NCBI GenBank assembly: GCA_963665125.2
Contig: CAXXUK010000001.1
Location: 768,001 to 832,000 of the forward strand
Direction of reading: 5' to 3'
From: an uncultured Desulfarculus sp.
GTDB taxonomy: Bacteria > Desulfobacterota > Desulfarculia > Desulfarculales > Desulfarculaceae
Length of the DNA stretch: 64,000 nucleotides
The translations under genes were made by a program, and so were the position numbers. Under the pieces are notes generated by a model. That model was not told where the DNA came from. It worked only from the letters and a program-made list of their open reading frames with translations, and did not search any database. Positions 46,770 through 57,735 of the stretch are shown here, in pieces (the stretch's first letter is position 1; each line of letters opens with the position of its first letter).

Positions 46770-47214
46770 ATCTTTATCTCCATATTCAATGCAGTTATTA
46801 TCAATCCCTCAAAATATAGGCACTCAACCTTCATCCCGCAAGCGCAATGCTTGCGCACCCACAGCGGAGGCAGCACTCAAAGCACGCATGAAGGCCGATG
46901 GCCCCGGCCGGGCGATGTTGCAAAATACGACCGGAAGCCCAATGCTTGGGCTCCCACATCGCGGACAGCGCTCAGCGCACGGATATGCGGCAGTGGCCCC
47001 GACCGCGACGCAGAACAATTGCAACGCCGCCCGGCTTGATCGGCCTCGCCGCCCGCTTCGGGCACTGCCCCCACGCCGTTTGCGAGACCCAGCCAAGGAG
47101 CAGCGGCCAAAAGCAGTGCGGTTCACAACTGGGTAGGGAGATGATAGCACCCTTAAGATTTCCGCTCGTAGGGCCGGTCCCGATCCTACTGGGCCAGATA
47201 TATTTTTGCGAGCC

Positions 47215-47285
47215 GGGAGTCCAGAGGGGATGGCGAGCTTTTGATATTGCTCAAAAGCGAAGAATCCCCTCTGGCCGCCGGAGGC
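47215..47285. repeat. REP-like palindromic repeat
   Basis: GGGAGTCCAGAGGGGAT...ATCCCCTCTGGCCGCCGGAGGC with an inner GCTTTTGA/TCAAAAGC hairpin. Confidence 0.55.
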
Positions 47286-47537
47286 AAAATGCTTTGGCCG
47301 CCAAATAACGGGCAAACTTCAGATCCCCAATAAGCACCTGTGCCCTCGGACACTGGTTGTCGGCCGCTGACCCGGCGTAGCGCGAAGCCATGCGCCGTGA
47401 GCCCCGGACCGGATTCATTGCATTGGAGGGTGTTCCTCGGGCCGATGAGCAAGAGATAGCCCGCCGGAGGAAAACTGAAAAGCCGCAAAAGTGAGGATTG
47501 CCAATCGGCATCTAGACACTACTAGGGACAAATCAAA

Positions 47538-47562
47538 TGCCCGGCCCCAAACGGACCGGGCA
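47538..47562 (-). terminator. Probable terminator of the CGGC gene
   Basis: TGCCCGG...CCGGGCA followed by UUUGAUUU on the minus strand. Confidence 0.55.
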
Positions 47563-47573
47563 CGTAAAACCTT

Positions 47574-47918
47574 TTAATGGTAGTCGTGGGTGCCGGTGAT
47601 CACGGGCAGACCGAACTTGTCCTTGATAAAGGCCACTTTTTCCTCGACCGTGCTGTTGGGGCAATCAGGCTTGGCGCCCACCATGCAGGAGCTCAGATAC
47701 ACGGCGTCGGGCTTCACTTCCGAAAGCTTCATGGCCATGCCCAGATTGGGGACCATGGTCCGGCCGGGGCACTCGCATTTTACAAAAGCGACAACCTTGA
47801 CTGGCTCTTCGAATTTGCCTTCGCCCATGGCCGCGGCTTTGAGGCAGCGCCATTCGCCGGGGCAGCCGTAACCACTGTCCATGTAGGAACCGCAACCGAT
47901 TACCATCACATTTTTCAT
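47574..47918 (-). CDS. CGGC domain protein
   Basis: IGC, GCPGEWRCLKAA..GEGKF, CECPG, LSSC...CP, GTH. Confidence 0.85.
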   Translation of the reverse strand: MKNVMVIGCGSYMDSGYGCPGEWRCLKAAAMGEGKFEEPVKVVAFVKCECPGRTMVPNLGMAMKLSEVKPDAVYLSSCMVGAKPDCPNSTVEEKVAFIKDKFGLPVITGTHDYH

Positions 47919-48082
47919 CTCTATGCTCCAAAGATGTTATTTTGTATGAAACTCTCTCATTGTGTGATTGATTTGGCTTTAGTCAATAGCACCGCCCATG
48001 CGCGGGGTCAAGTGCGCAACACGATGCTGATGAGCACTTTGAGTATATAATATGGGGGTGGCCGGCGGGGGGAGGAGGGCTT

Positions 48083-48931
48083 ATGAGCGGCTTATTTGTA
48101 TTTATCGATGATTCCGAGTTTGAGTTGGAGAACTTTAAGGCCAATGCCGCCAAGGCATACGACCGGGCCGAGTTCGTATACGCCGGTACGTTCGATCAGG
48201 CCGTGCAGGAGATAGGCGGCCGGATACCGGTCTGCTTTTTGTTGGATATCTTCGGGGGCGACCCCGAGGCCAAACCCCGTCTGCCCAAGCCCCAGGAAAC
48301 GGTGAAGATGATGGGCAAGCCGCCGTCTGTGGAGCGGCTATACAGCAATGTTGAGAAGCCTTCACCCAAGGAGGCCAACCTGCTGCTGCGGCGCATCTAC
48401 GCCTATGTAAACCGCATCCAGATGGCCTTCAGCCGCGCGGCGGGCATGTTGGGCCAGGGCCGTCATTATGGTTTGGACAACCTGAACAGGGTGCGCGAAA
48501 AATATCCCTGGGCCGCGGCCGTGGGCTACAGTCGCAAGGCCCTGTACGCCGATGCCGTGGCCATGAGCATGGCCGGGGCCGACGGGGTGTTGCAAAAACC
48601 CCAGGGTGATGACGACGAAGCCATAGCCTTGGCCACCCGCCAAATGTCTCTCGCCTTGGCCAGGGCGGTATATGAAATGGTGGACCGCCGCTTGATCAGC
48701 ACGGCGGCGCCCCTGGCCTTGAGCATGTTCGACGAACCGGGCGGCGGCAGCCAGTTGATGGGCCGCGCCCTGCGGGTGGCCGTGGCGGCCATGGGTGGCG
48801 CGTCCGGCGGCGTGCGGTTCCAGGCCGGACGCCAATTGGAAGACGTGTTGTCAGGCGGCGCGCCCGCCGGATTGACGGCGACGGTCGCCTCGGCCATAGC
48901 CCAGTGGCTCACGGCCCAGCGCCCTGCTTGA
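48083..48931 (+). CDS. Atypical receiver-domain-like protein
   Basis: FVFIDD, FLLD, GYS, AGADGVLQKP with a long insertion; RBS GGAGG. Confidence 0.6.
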   Translation: MSGLFVFIDDSEFELENFKANAAKAYDRAEFVYAGTFDQAVQEIGGRIPVCFLLDIFGGDPEAKPRLPKPQETVKMMGKPPSVERLYSNVEKPSPKEANLLLRRIYAYVNRIQMAFSRAAGMLGQGRHYGLDNLNRVREKYPWAAAVGYSRKALYADAVAMSMAGADGVLQKPQGDDDEAIALATRQMSLALARAVYEMVDRRLISTAAPLALSMFDEPGGGSQLMGRALRVAVAAMGGASGGVRFQAGRQLEDVLSGGAPAGLTATVASAIAQWLTAQRPA

Positions 48932-48956
48932 CACCCGGTTGAACCATTGATAGATT
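48928..48956 (+). promoter_or_regulatory. Sigma70 promoter for hrcA
   Basis: TTGACA-17 nt-TAGATT. Confidence 0.65.
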
Positions 48957-48998
48957 CGCTGAGTGTTTCTGGGCTTATCGGAAAGATGGTAGCAACTT

Positions 48999-50042
48999 TT
49001 GACCAGGCAAATTAGCGACAGATCAAAGCTGATTCTGGCCGCCGTGGTGGCCAACTACATAGTGACCGCCGAACCCGTGGGCTCAAAAACGGTCAGCAGG
49101 CAGGACATGGTCAATGTCTCCGCCGCCACCGTGCGTAGTGTCATGGCCGAACTGGAAGAGTTGGGCTTGCTGGAACAGCCCCACGTATCGGCGGGCAGAA
49201 TCCCCACGGAAGAAGGCCTGCGTCTCTATGTGGATACCATCCTCCAGGTGGGCGATCTTGACTTCGCCGTCAAACAGACGCTGCGGCAGGCCTTGAACGA
49301 AACCCGGGGCCTGGACCCGGCAGAGGTGCTCAAGAACGCCGGCAAGGCCCTAAGCGACATCAACCGGTTGGCGGCAGTGGTCGCGGCGCCAAAGCCTGAG
49401 CAGGAGATGTTCAGGCATATGGAGTTCGTGCGGCTGGGCAAGGGTCTGATTTTGGTGGTGCTGGTTTCGCGTAGCGGTGCCGTGCAAAACCGCCTTATCC
49501 ACCATGACGATGACATCCACCAGGATGAACTGGATAAATATACGCGATACTTGAATAGTCTGCTGGGCGATCTTACCTTGAGTGAGGTGAGGAAACGCGT
49601 GGCCCTGGAAATGGCCAAGGATAAAAACCGGTTTGACGAGATCTTGAGCAATGCCCTCAAGTTGGGCCAAAAGGCCTTTGGCGGCGAAGTCGATGGCGAT
49701 GTTTTTATCGAAGGCCGCACGAACTTGATGGACGAGCCCGAGTTCGCCGATGTTTCCCGCCTGAGAACCGTTTTTCAGGCCTTTGAGGAAAAGTCGGTTC
49801 TTCTACGGCTTCTGGAGCGCTCCATGGAGGCCGAAGGCGTCAGGATCTTCATCGGGTCAGACAGCCTGCTTTCCGGCATGGAAGGCGTCACCGCCGTGAC
49901 GTCGTCGTATGGCCCGGAAGGCTCTCCGGCCGGGGCTCTGGCAGTGATAGGGCCCACGCGAATGGATTATTCCAAGGTAATCGCCACTGTGGACTACACC
50001 GCCAAGCTTGTGACCCGCATCTTGGATTCCCGCGGGAACTAA
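48999..50042 (+). CDS. hrcA: Heat-inducible transcription repressor
   Basis: YI.TAEPVGSK, SAATVR..M.ELE, QPHVSAGRIPT, IGPTRMDY. Confidence 0.96.
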   Translation: MTRQISDRSKLILAAVVANYIVTAEPVGSKTVSRQDMVNVSAATVRSVMAELEELGLLEQPHVSAGRIPTEEGLRLYVDTILQVGDLDFAVKQTLRQALNETRGLDPAEVLKNAGKALSDINRLAAVVAAPKPEQEMFRHMEFVRLGKGLILVVLVSRSGAVQNRLIHHDDDIHQDELDKYTRYLNSLLGDLTLSEVRKRVALEMAKDKNRFDEILSNALKLGQKAFGGEVDGDVFIEGRTNLMDEPEFADVSRLRTVFQAFEEKSVLLRLLERSMEAEGVRIFIGSDSLLSGMEGVTAVTSSYGPEGSPAGALAVIGPTRMDYSKVIATVDYTAKLVTRILDSRGN

Positions 50043-50073
50043 TTGCCCAGTGGTTATCGGGAGGTGACCAAAG

Positions 50074-50631
50074 TTGTCTGAAAAGGATCATATCAAAATA
50101 AAAGTTAACTCCGGCGACGACGCCGCTGTTGAGCAGGATATTCAGGAACCAGAGGTGTTGGACCCCGAGGAACCCGTTGCCGTGGCTGAAGAAACAGTCG
50201 ATTTCGAAGACCGCTTCATGCGTCTTGCCGCGGAATTTGAAAACTACAAGAAACGTTCCGAGCGGGAAAAAGCCGAATTCCTCAAACGGGCCAACGAGTC
50301 TCTGTTGGCTGAATTGCTGCCGGTGTTGGACAACCTGGAGCGCGCGGTTGAAGCCTCGGACGGTTCCGACGCCCAGACCATGCAAAAGGGCGTTGAGATG
50401 GTTCTGGACCAACTGCGCAAGGGCCTGGCCAAGTTCGGCCTGGAAGAGATAGAAGCCCTGGGCAAGCCGTTTGATCCCCAGTTGCATGAAGCAATGATGC
50501 AGCAAGAGGACCCGGATGCCGAAGCGGGCACGGTGCTAAGCCAATATCAAAAGGGTTATCGCTTCCGGGATAGGCTGTTGCGCCCGGCCATGGTTGTGGT
50601 GGCCAAGGAGCCGGAGACGGACAGCGCTTAA
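50074..50631 (+). CDS. grpE: Nucleotide exchange factor GrpE
   Basis: RLAAEFENYKKR, LLPVLDNLERA, FDPQLHEA, KGY...RLLRPAMV. Confidence 0.96.
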   Translation: MSEKDHIKIKVNSGDDAAVEQDIQEPEVLDPEEPVAVAEETVDFEDRFMRLAAEFENYKKRSEREKAEFLKRANESLLAELLPVLDNLERAVEASDGSDAQTMQKGVEMVLDQLRKGLAKFGLEEIEALGKPFDPQLHEAMMQQEDPDAEAGTVLSQYQKGYRFRDRLLRPAMVVVAKEPETDSA

Positions 50632-50668
50632 AAACAACAAATTCGCCGGCCTGTGATATTGTAATGAG

Positions 50669-52579
50669 ATGAGTAAGATTATCGGCATCGACCTTGGTAC
50701 GACCAACTCCTGCGTAGCGGTTTTGGATGGTGGTGGTGCGCAAGTGCTGACCAATCAGGAGGGCGGCCGGACCACACCGAGCATGATAGCGGTGACCTCC
50801 AGCGGAGACAGGTTGGTTGGCGAGGCCGCCAAACGTCAGGCCGTGACCAATCCGGTCAACACCATCTTTGCCGTCAAGAGGCTCATCGGACGCGCCTTCG
50901 ACAATGATATCGTCCAGGCAGATATCCCGCTTCTGCCCTACATAATCACTCCGTCTAAAAACGGCGACGCCCACATCAAGTTACAAGGCAAGGTGGTCAG
51001 CCCTCCGGAAATCAGTTCCATGGTCCTGGCCAAGCTGAAAAGGACCGCCGAGGACTACTTCGGCTGCGCGGTCGACAAGGCCGTGGTCACCGTGCCGGCC
51101 TATTTCGACGACAACCAACGCCAGGCCACCCGGGACGCCGCGCGCATCGCCGGGCTGGAGGTGGTGCGCATCATCAACGAGCCCACTGCCGCGGCTTTGG
51201 CCTACGGGCTCGATAAAAAAGGCTCCAAGACCGTTGCCGTCTTTGATTTGGGCGGCGGCACCTTTGACATTTCGATCCTGCAATTGCAGGAAGACATGTT
51301 CGAAGTGGTGAGCACCAACGGCGACACGCATCTGGGCGGCGAGGATTTCGACAACCGCATCGTTGACTACCTCGCTGACACGTTTCTGGCGGAAAACGGC
51401 ATTGATCTGCGCCGGGACAACATGGCCCTGCAGCGGCTCAAGGAGGCGGCCGAAAGGGCCAAATTCGAACTGAGTTCCCTGACTACTACGGAAGTAAACC
51501 TGCCATTTGTCTCCGCCGGACCAGAGGGGCCTAAACACTTGCAGATCAGGATCAGCCGGGCCAAGCTGGAACTGATGACCACCGATCTTGTCAAGAGGAC
51601 CGAAGGCCCCTGTCGCATGGCCCTCAAAGACGCCGGTTTGTCGCCCTGGGATATTGACGAAGTGATCCTTGTCGGCGGCATGACCCGGATGCCCTCCATC
51701 CAAAGGATGGTTGCCGCCATATTTGGACGGGAACCCAGCAAAGGAGTCAACCCCGACGAGGTGGTGGCTATGGGAGCCAGCATCCAGGCTGGCATCCTGG
51801 CCGGGGATATGCCCGAGGTCGTCCTTTTGGACATCACGCCCCTGAGCCTGGGCATCGAGACCATGGGCGGGGTGATGACCGTGCTGATCAACCGCAACAC
51901 AACCATTCCCACAAGAACGACCCAGGTGTTCACCACGGCGGTGGACAACCAGCCCGCGGTAAGCATCCACGTGCTCCAGGGTGAAAGGGAGATGGCCGAG
52001 GACTGCCGAACCCTTGGGCGGTTTGATCTGACGGGCATAGAGCCGGCGCCAAAGGGAGTGCCCCAGGTGGAGGTTTGCTTTGATATCGACGCCAATGGCA
52101 TCGTAAATGTCAGCGCCAGGGACATATCCATCGGCAAGAGGCAATCCATCGCCATCAGGGGCTCCAGCGGGCTCAGCGAGGAAGATGTCGAACGCCTTAT
52201 CGCCGAGGCCGAGGCCAATGCCGAACTGGACCGGATCAAACGCGAATTGGTCGAAACCAGAAACGAAGGGGCCACGCTGATCGAACAGGTGCGTTCCGTT
52301 CTGGAACGCGCCGACGGCAAGCCCGTCGCGCCGCAGGTATCCGACCAGGTCATTAAATCCATAGCCGATCTGCAAGATAAACTTGACGGACAAGACAGCA
52401 GGGCCATAAAAAAGGCAATTGAAAAGTTGCAGGACGCCGGTCACCGGCTTTCCCAGGCCATGTATGCCAGCCGGGTGGATTTTGACCATGCCGGCAACAA
52501 AGAAGCAAAAAAATCATCCAAAGATCCGGCTGTGGATTTCGACGGAATGCGCGAAGCCGGACTTGAGGAAAAAAATTGA
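50669..52579 (+). CDS. dnaK: Chaperone DnaK (Hsp70)
   Basis: [48 protein letters not shown]. Confidence 0.96.
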   Translation: MSKIIGIDLGTTNSCVAVLDGGGAQVLTNQEGGRTTPSMIAVTSSGDRLVGEAAKRQAVTNPVNTIFAVKRLIGRAFDNDIVQADIPLLPYIITPSKNGDAHIKLQGKVVSPPEISSMVLAKLKRTAEDYFGCAVDKAVVTVPAYFDDNQRQATRDAARIAGLEVVRIINEPTAAALAYGLDKKGSKTVAVFDLGGGTFDISILQLQEDMFEVVSTNGDTHLGGEDFDNRIVDYLADTFLAENGIDLRRDNMALQRLKEAAERAKFELSSLTTTEVNLPFVSAGPEGPKHLQIRISRAKLELMTTDLVKRTEGPCRMALKDAGLSPWDIDEVILVGGMTRMPSIQRMVAAIFGREPSKGVNPDEVVAMGASIQAGILAGDMPEVVLLDITPLSLGIETMGGVMTVLINRNTTIPTRTTQVFTTAVDNQPAVSIHVLQGEREMAEDCRTLGRFDLTGIEPAPKGVPQVEVCFDIDANGIVNVSARDISIGKRQSIAIRGSSGLSEEDVERLIAEAEANAELDRIKRELVETRNEGATLIEQVRSVLERADGKPVAPQVSDQVIKSIADLQDKLDGQDSRAIKKAIEKLQDAGHRLSQAMYASRVDFDHAGNKEAKKSSKDPAVDFDGMREAGLEEKN

Positions 52580-54660
52580 AAATAGGCTGGAAAACCACGG
52601 GTAGCGTCATTTTTTTGTTAATGGCCCTGGCCTTTGCCGGTTGCTCGGCTCCGGGCGGTCCCGGCGTTAAAAAACCGGGAGAGACCGATTCACAGGTGCA
52701 GGCCCTTTTGCAACTGGGCCGGGAGCGCATGGAAAAGGCCAACTACCAGGGCGCCAGAGACGCATACAACGCGGCCGTGCAGAGCGCTTCGACTTCCCGG
52801 GATAGATCGGCGGCTTATCTTGGCTTGGCTAGGGCCTTGGCGGCCGGCGGCGATCCCAGGGCCGCCTCGGAGGCCTTGCAGCAAGCGCCCGCCGGGGAAA
52901 TGACTCCCGCCGCTGAAATAGACGCCCAGATATTACGGGCGGATTTGGAGTTGCAGGAAGGCAAACCAGAGCCGGCGGCCACGCGGTTGCGCAGCCTGAT
53001 GTACAAACCACCCACGGAACTGTCACGCTCGCAGGCTGGGCAGGCCCTTGGTTTGCTGGCCACGTCGTTGCAGGAGTTGGGGCGCTATGAAGAGGCGGCC
53101 CAATCCCTGGTTTCCTGGGGGCAGAAATATGGCCTGACGGACCAGATCATTCAACAGCAATTGGCGGCCGCGTGCGGCAAATTGCCGTTGGACAGGGTAG
53201 AGACCCTTCGTTCCCGGGCAACCGCGCCGGAACTCAAAGCGGCCGTGCTGCTGGGCTTGGCCGAATCACAGATGCGCGCCGGAATGCTCAATGAGGCCAA
53301 GGACACCATCGCCGAGGTTCAGGCCATGCCGGCATCGGCCCCGTTGGCCTCTGAAATCGAGCGATTGACGCAGGATGTTGCCCAGGCTCGGCTTGTCGAT
53401 CCCATGGCCGTGGGTGTGATACTTCCCCTGAGCGGACCCTATGCCGCCACCGGCGCCCAGGTCCTGTCGGCGGTGGAGATGGGCTTGGGGGTTTTCTCGC
53501 CCGGCGGCAACATCACCTTGTATATCGAAGACAGCAAGGGCGATCCGCGCACGGCCGCCCAAGCCGTTGAAAAGCTTGTAACCCAGCACCGGGTCATGGC
53601 CATAATTGGCCCCTTGCGCTCAAGTTCCGCCCTGGCGGCGGCCCGCCAGGCGACGGTGCTTTCGGTCCCGCTCATCGCCCTGAGTCAGGTCGGCGGCCTC
53701 AGTGACGCCGGGCCGTGTGTGTTCCAGAACTTCTTTACACCCCAGGAACAGGTGGACGCGCTGCTAAAGGAAATGTCCGGCAACCGCGACAAGCGGCTCA
53801 TCGCCATACTCGCGCCCGACAATTCTTATGGCAAGGGTTTTGTCCAGCTCATGGAACAAAGCCTTGTGGAGCGGGGCGGCAGCGTGGTGCGCACTGTCTA
53901 CTATGATCCGAACCAGACCGACTTCAGCCGCGAGATCAAGAAGCTGGTGGCCCTGCCTGATGGCGAATACCGGCCGGGCATGCCTGAATCGCCAGAGCCG
54001 GTCATAGATTTCGAGACCCTGTTCATCCCCGACGGCGCGGCCCGTCTGGGCATGTTGGCTCCGCAATTGGCTTATTACGACGTCATCGGCGTGGACCTGT
54101 TGGGCACCAGCATCTGGCTCAACGAGGCCCTGCTGAAAAACGCCTCGAGATACCTTGACGGCTGTTATTTCCCGGTTGCCTTTGATCCGTATTCCAAGGA
54201 CCCCAAGGTCCGGCAGTTTGTCAGCGAATACCAAAGCACGACCGGCCGGGAGCCGAACCTGCTCGACGCCCACGGTTATGACACCGGTTTGCTGGTGCGT
54301 TCGATTATGCAAGGCTCCGACGCGCCCCGGACCAGGGCTGGCTTCTGCTCCGCACTGGGCCAGACCAAGTCCTTCAACGGCGTTTGCGGCGCCATGGGCG
54401 TGGGCCAGGATGGGCAGTTCCACAAGGGCTTGCAACTGTTCACGGTTGAACGTGGCCGCTTTGTTCCCCTGGCGGAGGCTCGGCAGACCACTGAACAGAT
54501 CGAGGAGGTGGTCGAACCGCCTTCCGAGGAGGCCAGCCCTCCGGAAATCAATGACGGCGAGCCCCAGCAACCCGTGGAAAACAAGCGTACAACGCTAAGG
54601 ATCACGCCGCTGCGGCCGGATGAACAACCCCAGGCGCCTGCCGCCACAATCGCCCACTGA
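52576..54660 (+). CDS. LpoA-like penicillin-binding protein activator lipoprotein (TPR plus periplasmic-binding fold)
   Basis: Lipobox FAGC, TPR-like helices, [21 protein letters not shown] overlaps the dnaK stop. Confidence 0.8.
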   Translation: MKIGWKTTGSVIFLLMALAFAGCSAPGGPGVKKPGETDSQVQALLQLGRERMEKANYQGARDAYNAAVQSASTSRDRSAAYLGLARALAAGGDPRAASEALQQAPAGEMTPAAEIDAQILRADLELQEGKPEPAATRLRSLMYKPPTELSRSQAGQALGLLATSLQELGRYEEAAQSLVSWGQKYGLTDQIIQQQLAAACGKLPLDRVETLRSRATAPELKAAVLLGLAESQMRAGMLNEAKDTIAEVQAMPASAPLASEIERLTQDVAQARLVDPMAVGVILPLSGPYAATGAQVLSAVEMGLGVFSPGGNITLYIEDSKGDPRTAAQAVEKLVTQHRVMAIIGPLRSSSALAAARQATVLSVPLIALSQVGGLSDAGPCVFQNFFTPQEQVDALLKEMSGNRDKRLIAILAPDNSYGKGFVQLMEQSLVERGGSVVRTVYYDPNQTDFSREIKKLVALPDGEYRPGMPESPEPVIDFETLFIPDGAARLGMLAPQLAYYDVIGVDLLGTSIWLNEALLKNASRYLDGCYFPVAFDPYSKDPKVRQFVSEYQSTTGREPNLLDAHGYDTGLLVRSIMQGSDAPRTRAGFCSALGQTKSFNGVCGAMGVGQDGQFHKGLQLFTVERGRFVPLAEARQTTEQIEEVVEPPSEEASPPEINDGEPQQPVENKRTTLRITPLRPDEQPQAPAATIAH

Positions 54661-54692
54661 GTCCTGCTGTTGGCAGCGAAAGGATATTGATA

Positions 54693-55916
54693 ATGCGTAA
54701 GCTGTTGATGTTTGTTGCGGCGCTCTTGTTGGTTGTTCCTTCGTCGGCCTGGTCCGACACACCGCCTCTGAAGATAGGAGCCGTGCTGCCCCTGACTGGA
54801 ATCTTCGGCAAGGCCGGAAGCCAGATACGCGACGCGTATACCCTGTGGGCCGAGAAGGTCAACGCCGACGGCGGCCTGGAGATAGGCGGTAAACGTCACA
54901 AGGTGAAGCTGGTCATCTACGATGACAGCTCAACTCCGCAAAGAGCCCAGCTCTTGGTTCGCAAATTGGCCACCAAGGACAATGTCGACCTGATGCTGGG
55001 CGGTTACGGCTCAAGCCTGGTCATGGCAGCCAGCGCCTCGTCTGAAGCCCTGGGCTATCCATTGATCAGCGGCGGGGCCAGCTCCAACAAGCTCTTTGAA
55101 CGGGGATTCAAATACTATTTTTCGACTCTGGGCAAGGCTACCGACGAGGTCTCGGGCGCTGTTCGGGTGTTCGGCGTTGTTTCGCCAAAGCCAAAGACCG
55201 TGGCCATCGTGGGCTCGGATATTCCCTTTACGGCCTTGGCCTGCCAGGGATTCAAACACTTCGCCGAAGAGATGGGCCTCCAAGTCGTCCATTACGAACT
55301 TTTCCCGATATCCTTGCAGGACTACAACACCATGCTGGCCAAGGCCAAGGACAAGAACCCCGACATCCTGTTGGTCGGCTCCCATTTGCAGGTGGCACTG
55401 CGGGTGATCCGGGCCATGCAGGAAATCAATTTCAGCCCCAAGGCCGTGGCCTTTTCATATGGGCCCACGGTTCCGGCCTTCCGCCAGTCCCTTGGCAAAA
55501 GCGCCGAGTATGTATTCGCGGCCAGCGAATGGTTGCCGAGCCTGCCCTACAAGGGGCCGGTGTTCGGTACGGCCGGGCAGTTCAACGATCTGTATATGAA
55601 GCGCTTTGGCCGGGCGCCGGACTATGTCGAGGCCGCGGCTGTGGCCGGGGCGGTGGTCCAACAGATCGCCGTGCAGGATCTGGGTCTGACGCCTCCGTTG
55701 GACGGCGCCGCCCGCAAGAAATTAATGGAAAAGCTGCACGAGATGGACATTGAAACGTTTTACGGCAGGGTGCATTTCGGCGCCGATGGCGCCAACGTGG
55801 CCCATCCTCCAGTGTGCGTGCAGATCCAGGGCGGCGAACTCCTCGGGGTTTATCCGCCGGAAACAGCAGTCGCCAAACCCAGTTATCCCATGCCGCCATG
55901 GGGTGAGCGGAAGTAG
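54693..55916 (+). CDS. Branched-chain amino-acid-type ABC substrate-binding protein
   Basis: Signal peptide; KIGAVLPLTG, VNADGG, YDDSS, LGGYGS. Confidence 0.9.
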   Translation: MRKLLMFVAALLLVVPSSAWSDTPPLKIGAVLPLTGIFGKAGSQIRDAYTLWAEKVNADGGLEIGGKRHKVKLVIYDDSSTPQRAQLLVRKLATKDNVDLMLGGYGSSLVMAASASSEALGYPLISGGASSNKLFERGFKYYFSTLGKATDEVSGAVRVFGVVSPKPKTVAIVGSDIPFTALACQGFKHFAEEMGLQVVHYELFPISLQDYNTMLAKAKDKNPDILLVGSHLQVALRVIRAMQEINFSPKAVAFSYGPTVPAFRQSLGKSAEYVFAASEWLPSLPYKGPVFGTAGQFNDLYMKRFGRAPDYVEAAAVAGAVVQQIAVQDLGLTPPLDGAARKKLMEKLHEMDIETFYGRVHFGADGANVAHPPVCVQIQGGELLGVYPPETAVAKPSYPMPPWGERK

Positions 55917-55956
55917 GAGGCTTGCGCGCCGCCGCCAGGCGGCGTAAATTTCGGGC

Positions 55957-56823
55957 ATGCTGCTTATTCAGGCACTTATAAACGGTGTACTGGCCGGTGG
56001 TGTTTACGCATCGTTCGCCGCCGGCCTGTCGCTTATCTTCGGCGTGATGGGCGTGTTGAACATCGCCCACGGCGAGTTGGTGATGCTCGGCGCCTTTGCC
56101 AGCGTCTGGCTTTTCAACGCCACGGGCCTGGGGCCCCTGTGGTCTTTGCCCCTGAGCTTCGGTCTGATGTTCATATTGGGCTGGCTGATCCAGAGAGTTT
56201 TTCTGGACCGCATCGCCGGACAGCCCCCGGTCATGAGCTATATCCTCACCTTCGGCATTCATTTGATCATCGCCAATATGGCCCTGTTGGCCTGGACCGC
56301 CGACCCCAGGGCCATAACCACCGGCCTGTCCGGCCAAAGCATCGCTCTGGGTCCCATCGACTTGCCGGTGCTGAAACTGGTCACCTTTTTCATGGCCCTA
56401 TTGATCATCGGCGGGCTGCATGTCTTGTTGTCCCGCACGGCCTTGGGCCGGGCCATCCGGGCCACTGCCCAGGACCGCAACATGGCCCGCATGGTGGGCA
56501 TCAACGTGCGCACCGTGTTTGCCTTCACCTTCGCACTGGGCGCGGGGCTCACGGGCCTGGCCGGGTCGCTGGTGGCGGCCGTGCGCGACGTTGACGTGTC
56601 CATGGGCCTGCCCTATACAATCCTGGCCTTTTGCGTGGTGGTCCTGGGAGGCATGGGTTATCTGCCCGGCGCGCTGGTGGGCGGGCTGATCCTGGGCATT
56701 GTGGGCGAACTCTGCACGGCACTGCTGACCACCGGCTGGTCCTCGGCCATCACCTTCAGCCTCTTGTACATCATGCTGGTCCTGCGGCCCACGGGCATAA
56801 CCGGCAAGGGGATCGTGGAATGA
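55957..56823 (+). CDS. livH: LivH-type ABC permease
   Basis: GLSLIFGVMGVLNIAHG, GRAIRATAQD, VVLGGMG, LRPTG. Confidence 0.88.
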   Translation: MLLIQALINGVLAGGVYASFAAGLSLIFGVMGVLNIAHGELVMLGAFASVWLFNATGLGPLWSLPLSFGLMFILGWLIQRVFLDRIAGQPPVMSYILTFGIHLIIANMALLAWTADPRAITTGLSGQSIALGPIDLPVLKLVTFFMALLIIGGLHVLLSRTALGRAIRATAQDRNMARMVGINVRTVFAFTFALGAGLTGLAGSLVAAVRDVDVSMGLPYTILAFCVVVLGGMGYLPGALVGGLILGIVGELCTALLTTGWSSAITFSLLYIMLVLRPTGITGKGIVE

Positions 56824-57734
56824 AGCGGATGGGCTGGATTTTAGCGGCCGTGTGCGCCGGAGGACTGGCGCTGTTGCCCCTGGCCGGGCCGGGCTATCAC
56901 CTGGACCTGCTTACGGACGTTTTCTTTTGGGTGGGCATGGCTTCGGCCTGGAACATCGCCTGCGGCTACACGGGGTATGTTGATTTCGGCTCGGTGACCT
57001 ATGCCGGCATCGGCTCGTACGCTGCTGGCCTGGCCCTGATGAATTTCGGTCTGCCCATGCCCCTGGCCCTGGCCCTTGGGGCGGGCTGCTCCGCTTTGCT
57101 GGCCGCGGCCGTGGGCATGCCCACCCTGCGTCTGCGCGGGGCCTATTTCGCCATCGCCACCCTGGCCTTGGCCGAGGCGGTCAAACAGCTCAGCGGGGAG
57201 ATGGGCTGGCTCACCGGCGGGGCCATGGGTCTGACCGTGAGCGTCCGCCTGGAGCCGCTGGGCTATTATTATTCGTTTTTGGCCGGGGCCTGCGGCGTGG
57301 TGGCCGTGGCCTGGCTTATCGGGCGCGGCAGCCTGGGCCTGGCCCTGCGGGCCATCCGCGAGGATGAGCGCGTGGCCTCGCGCCTGGGCGTCAACACCCT
57401 GCGGGCCAAGCTGGCCGCTTATGTGACCGCGGCGGCGGCCATCGGCCTGTTGGGCGGCCTGGAGGCCACAAGGCTCAGCTACTTCACGCCCGGCGACGTG
57501 TTCAATGTGCATATCACCATCAAAATGGTGATCATGAGCCTGTTGGGCGGCATGGGCACCCTCTGGGGGCCGGTGCTGGGCGCTTCGGCCTTGCAGATAC
57601 TGGAGGACTACCTGGGCGCCGAGTTTCTCGACCTGTACCTGGCCATCGTCGGTGTGGTGATCGTCGGCGTTATCTTATTCCTGCCCCGGGGCGTTCTGGG
57701 CCGCCGCGTGGCCGGTTGGGCCGGGAGGCGCTAG
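56820..57734 (+). CDS. livM: LivM-type ABC permease
   Basis: WNI..GYTG.VDFG, LRLRGAYFAIATL, AIREDE, LGGMGTLWGP, PRG. Confidence 0.88.
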   Translation: MKRMGWILAAVCAGGLALLPLAGPGYHLDLLTDVFFWVGMASAWNIACGYTGYVDFGSVTYAGIGSYAAGLALMNFGLPMPLALALGAGCSALLAAAVGMPTLRLRGAYFAIATLALAEAVKQLSGEMGWLTGGAMGLTVSVRLEPLGYYYSFLAGACGVVAVAWLIGRGSLGLALRAIREDERVASRLGVNTLRAKLAAYVTAAAAIGLLGGLEATRLSYFTPGDVFNVHITIKMVIMSLLGGMGTLWGPVLGASALQILEDYLGAEFLDLYLAIVGVVIVGVILFLPRGVLGRRVAGWAGRR

Positions 57735-57735
57735 T

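Noticed and set aside
46788..46806. Fur-box-like TTGATAATAACTGCATT upstream of the radical SAM gene
   Set aside because: Only one half-site matches; too weak to call.
46900..47100. Cobalamin riboswitch upstream of the radical SAM gene
   Set aside because: GCCACUG is present on the minus strand, but the GGGAA elements and B12 box were not found.
50981..52489. 502 aa minus-strand ORF
   Set aside because: Antisense frame of dnaK, a common artefact with no independent motifs.
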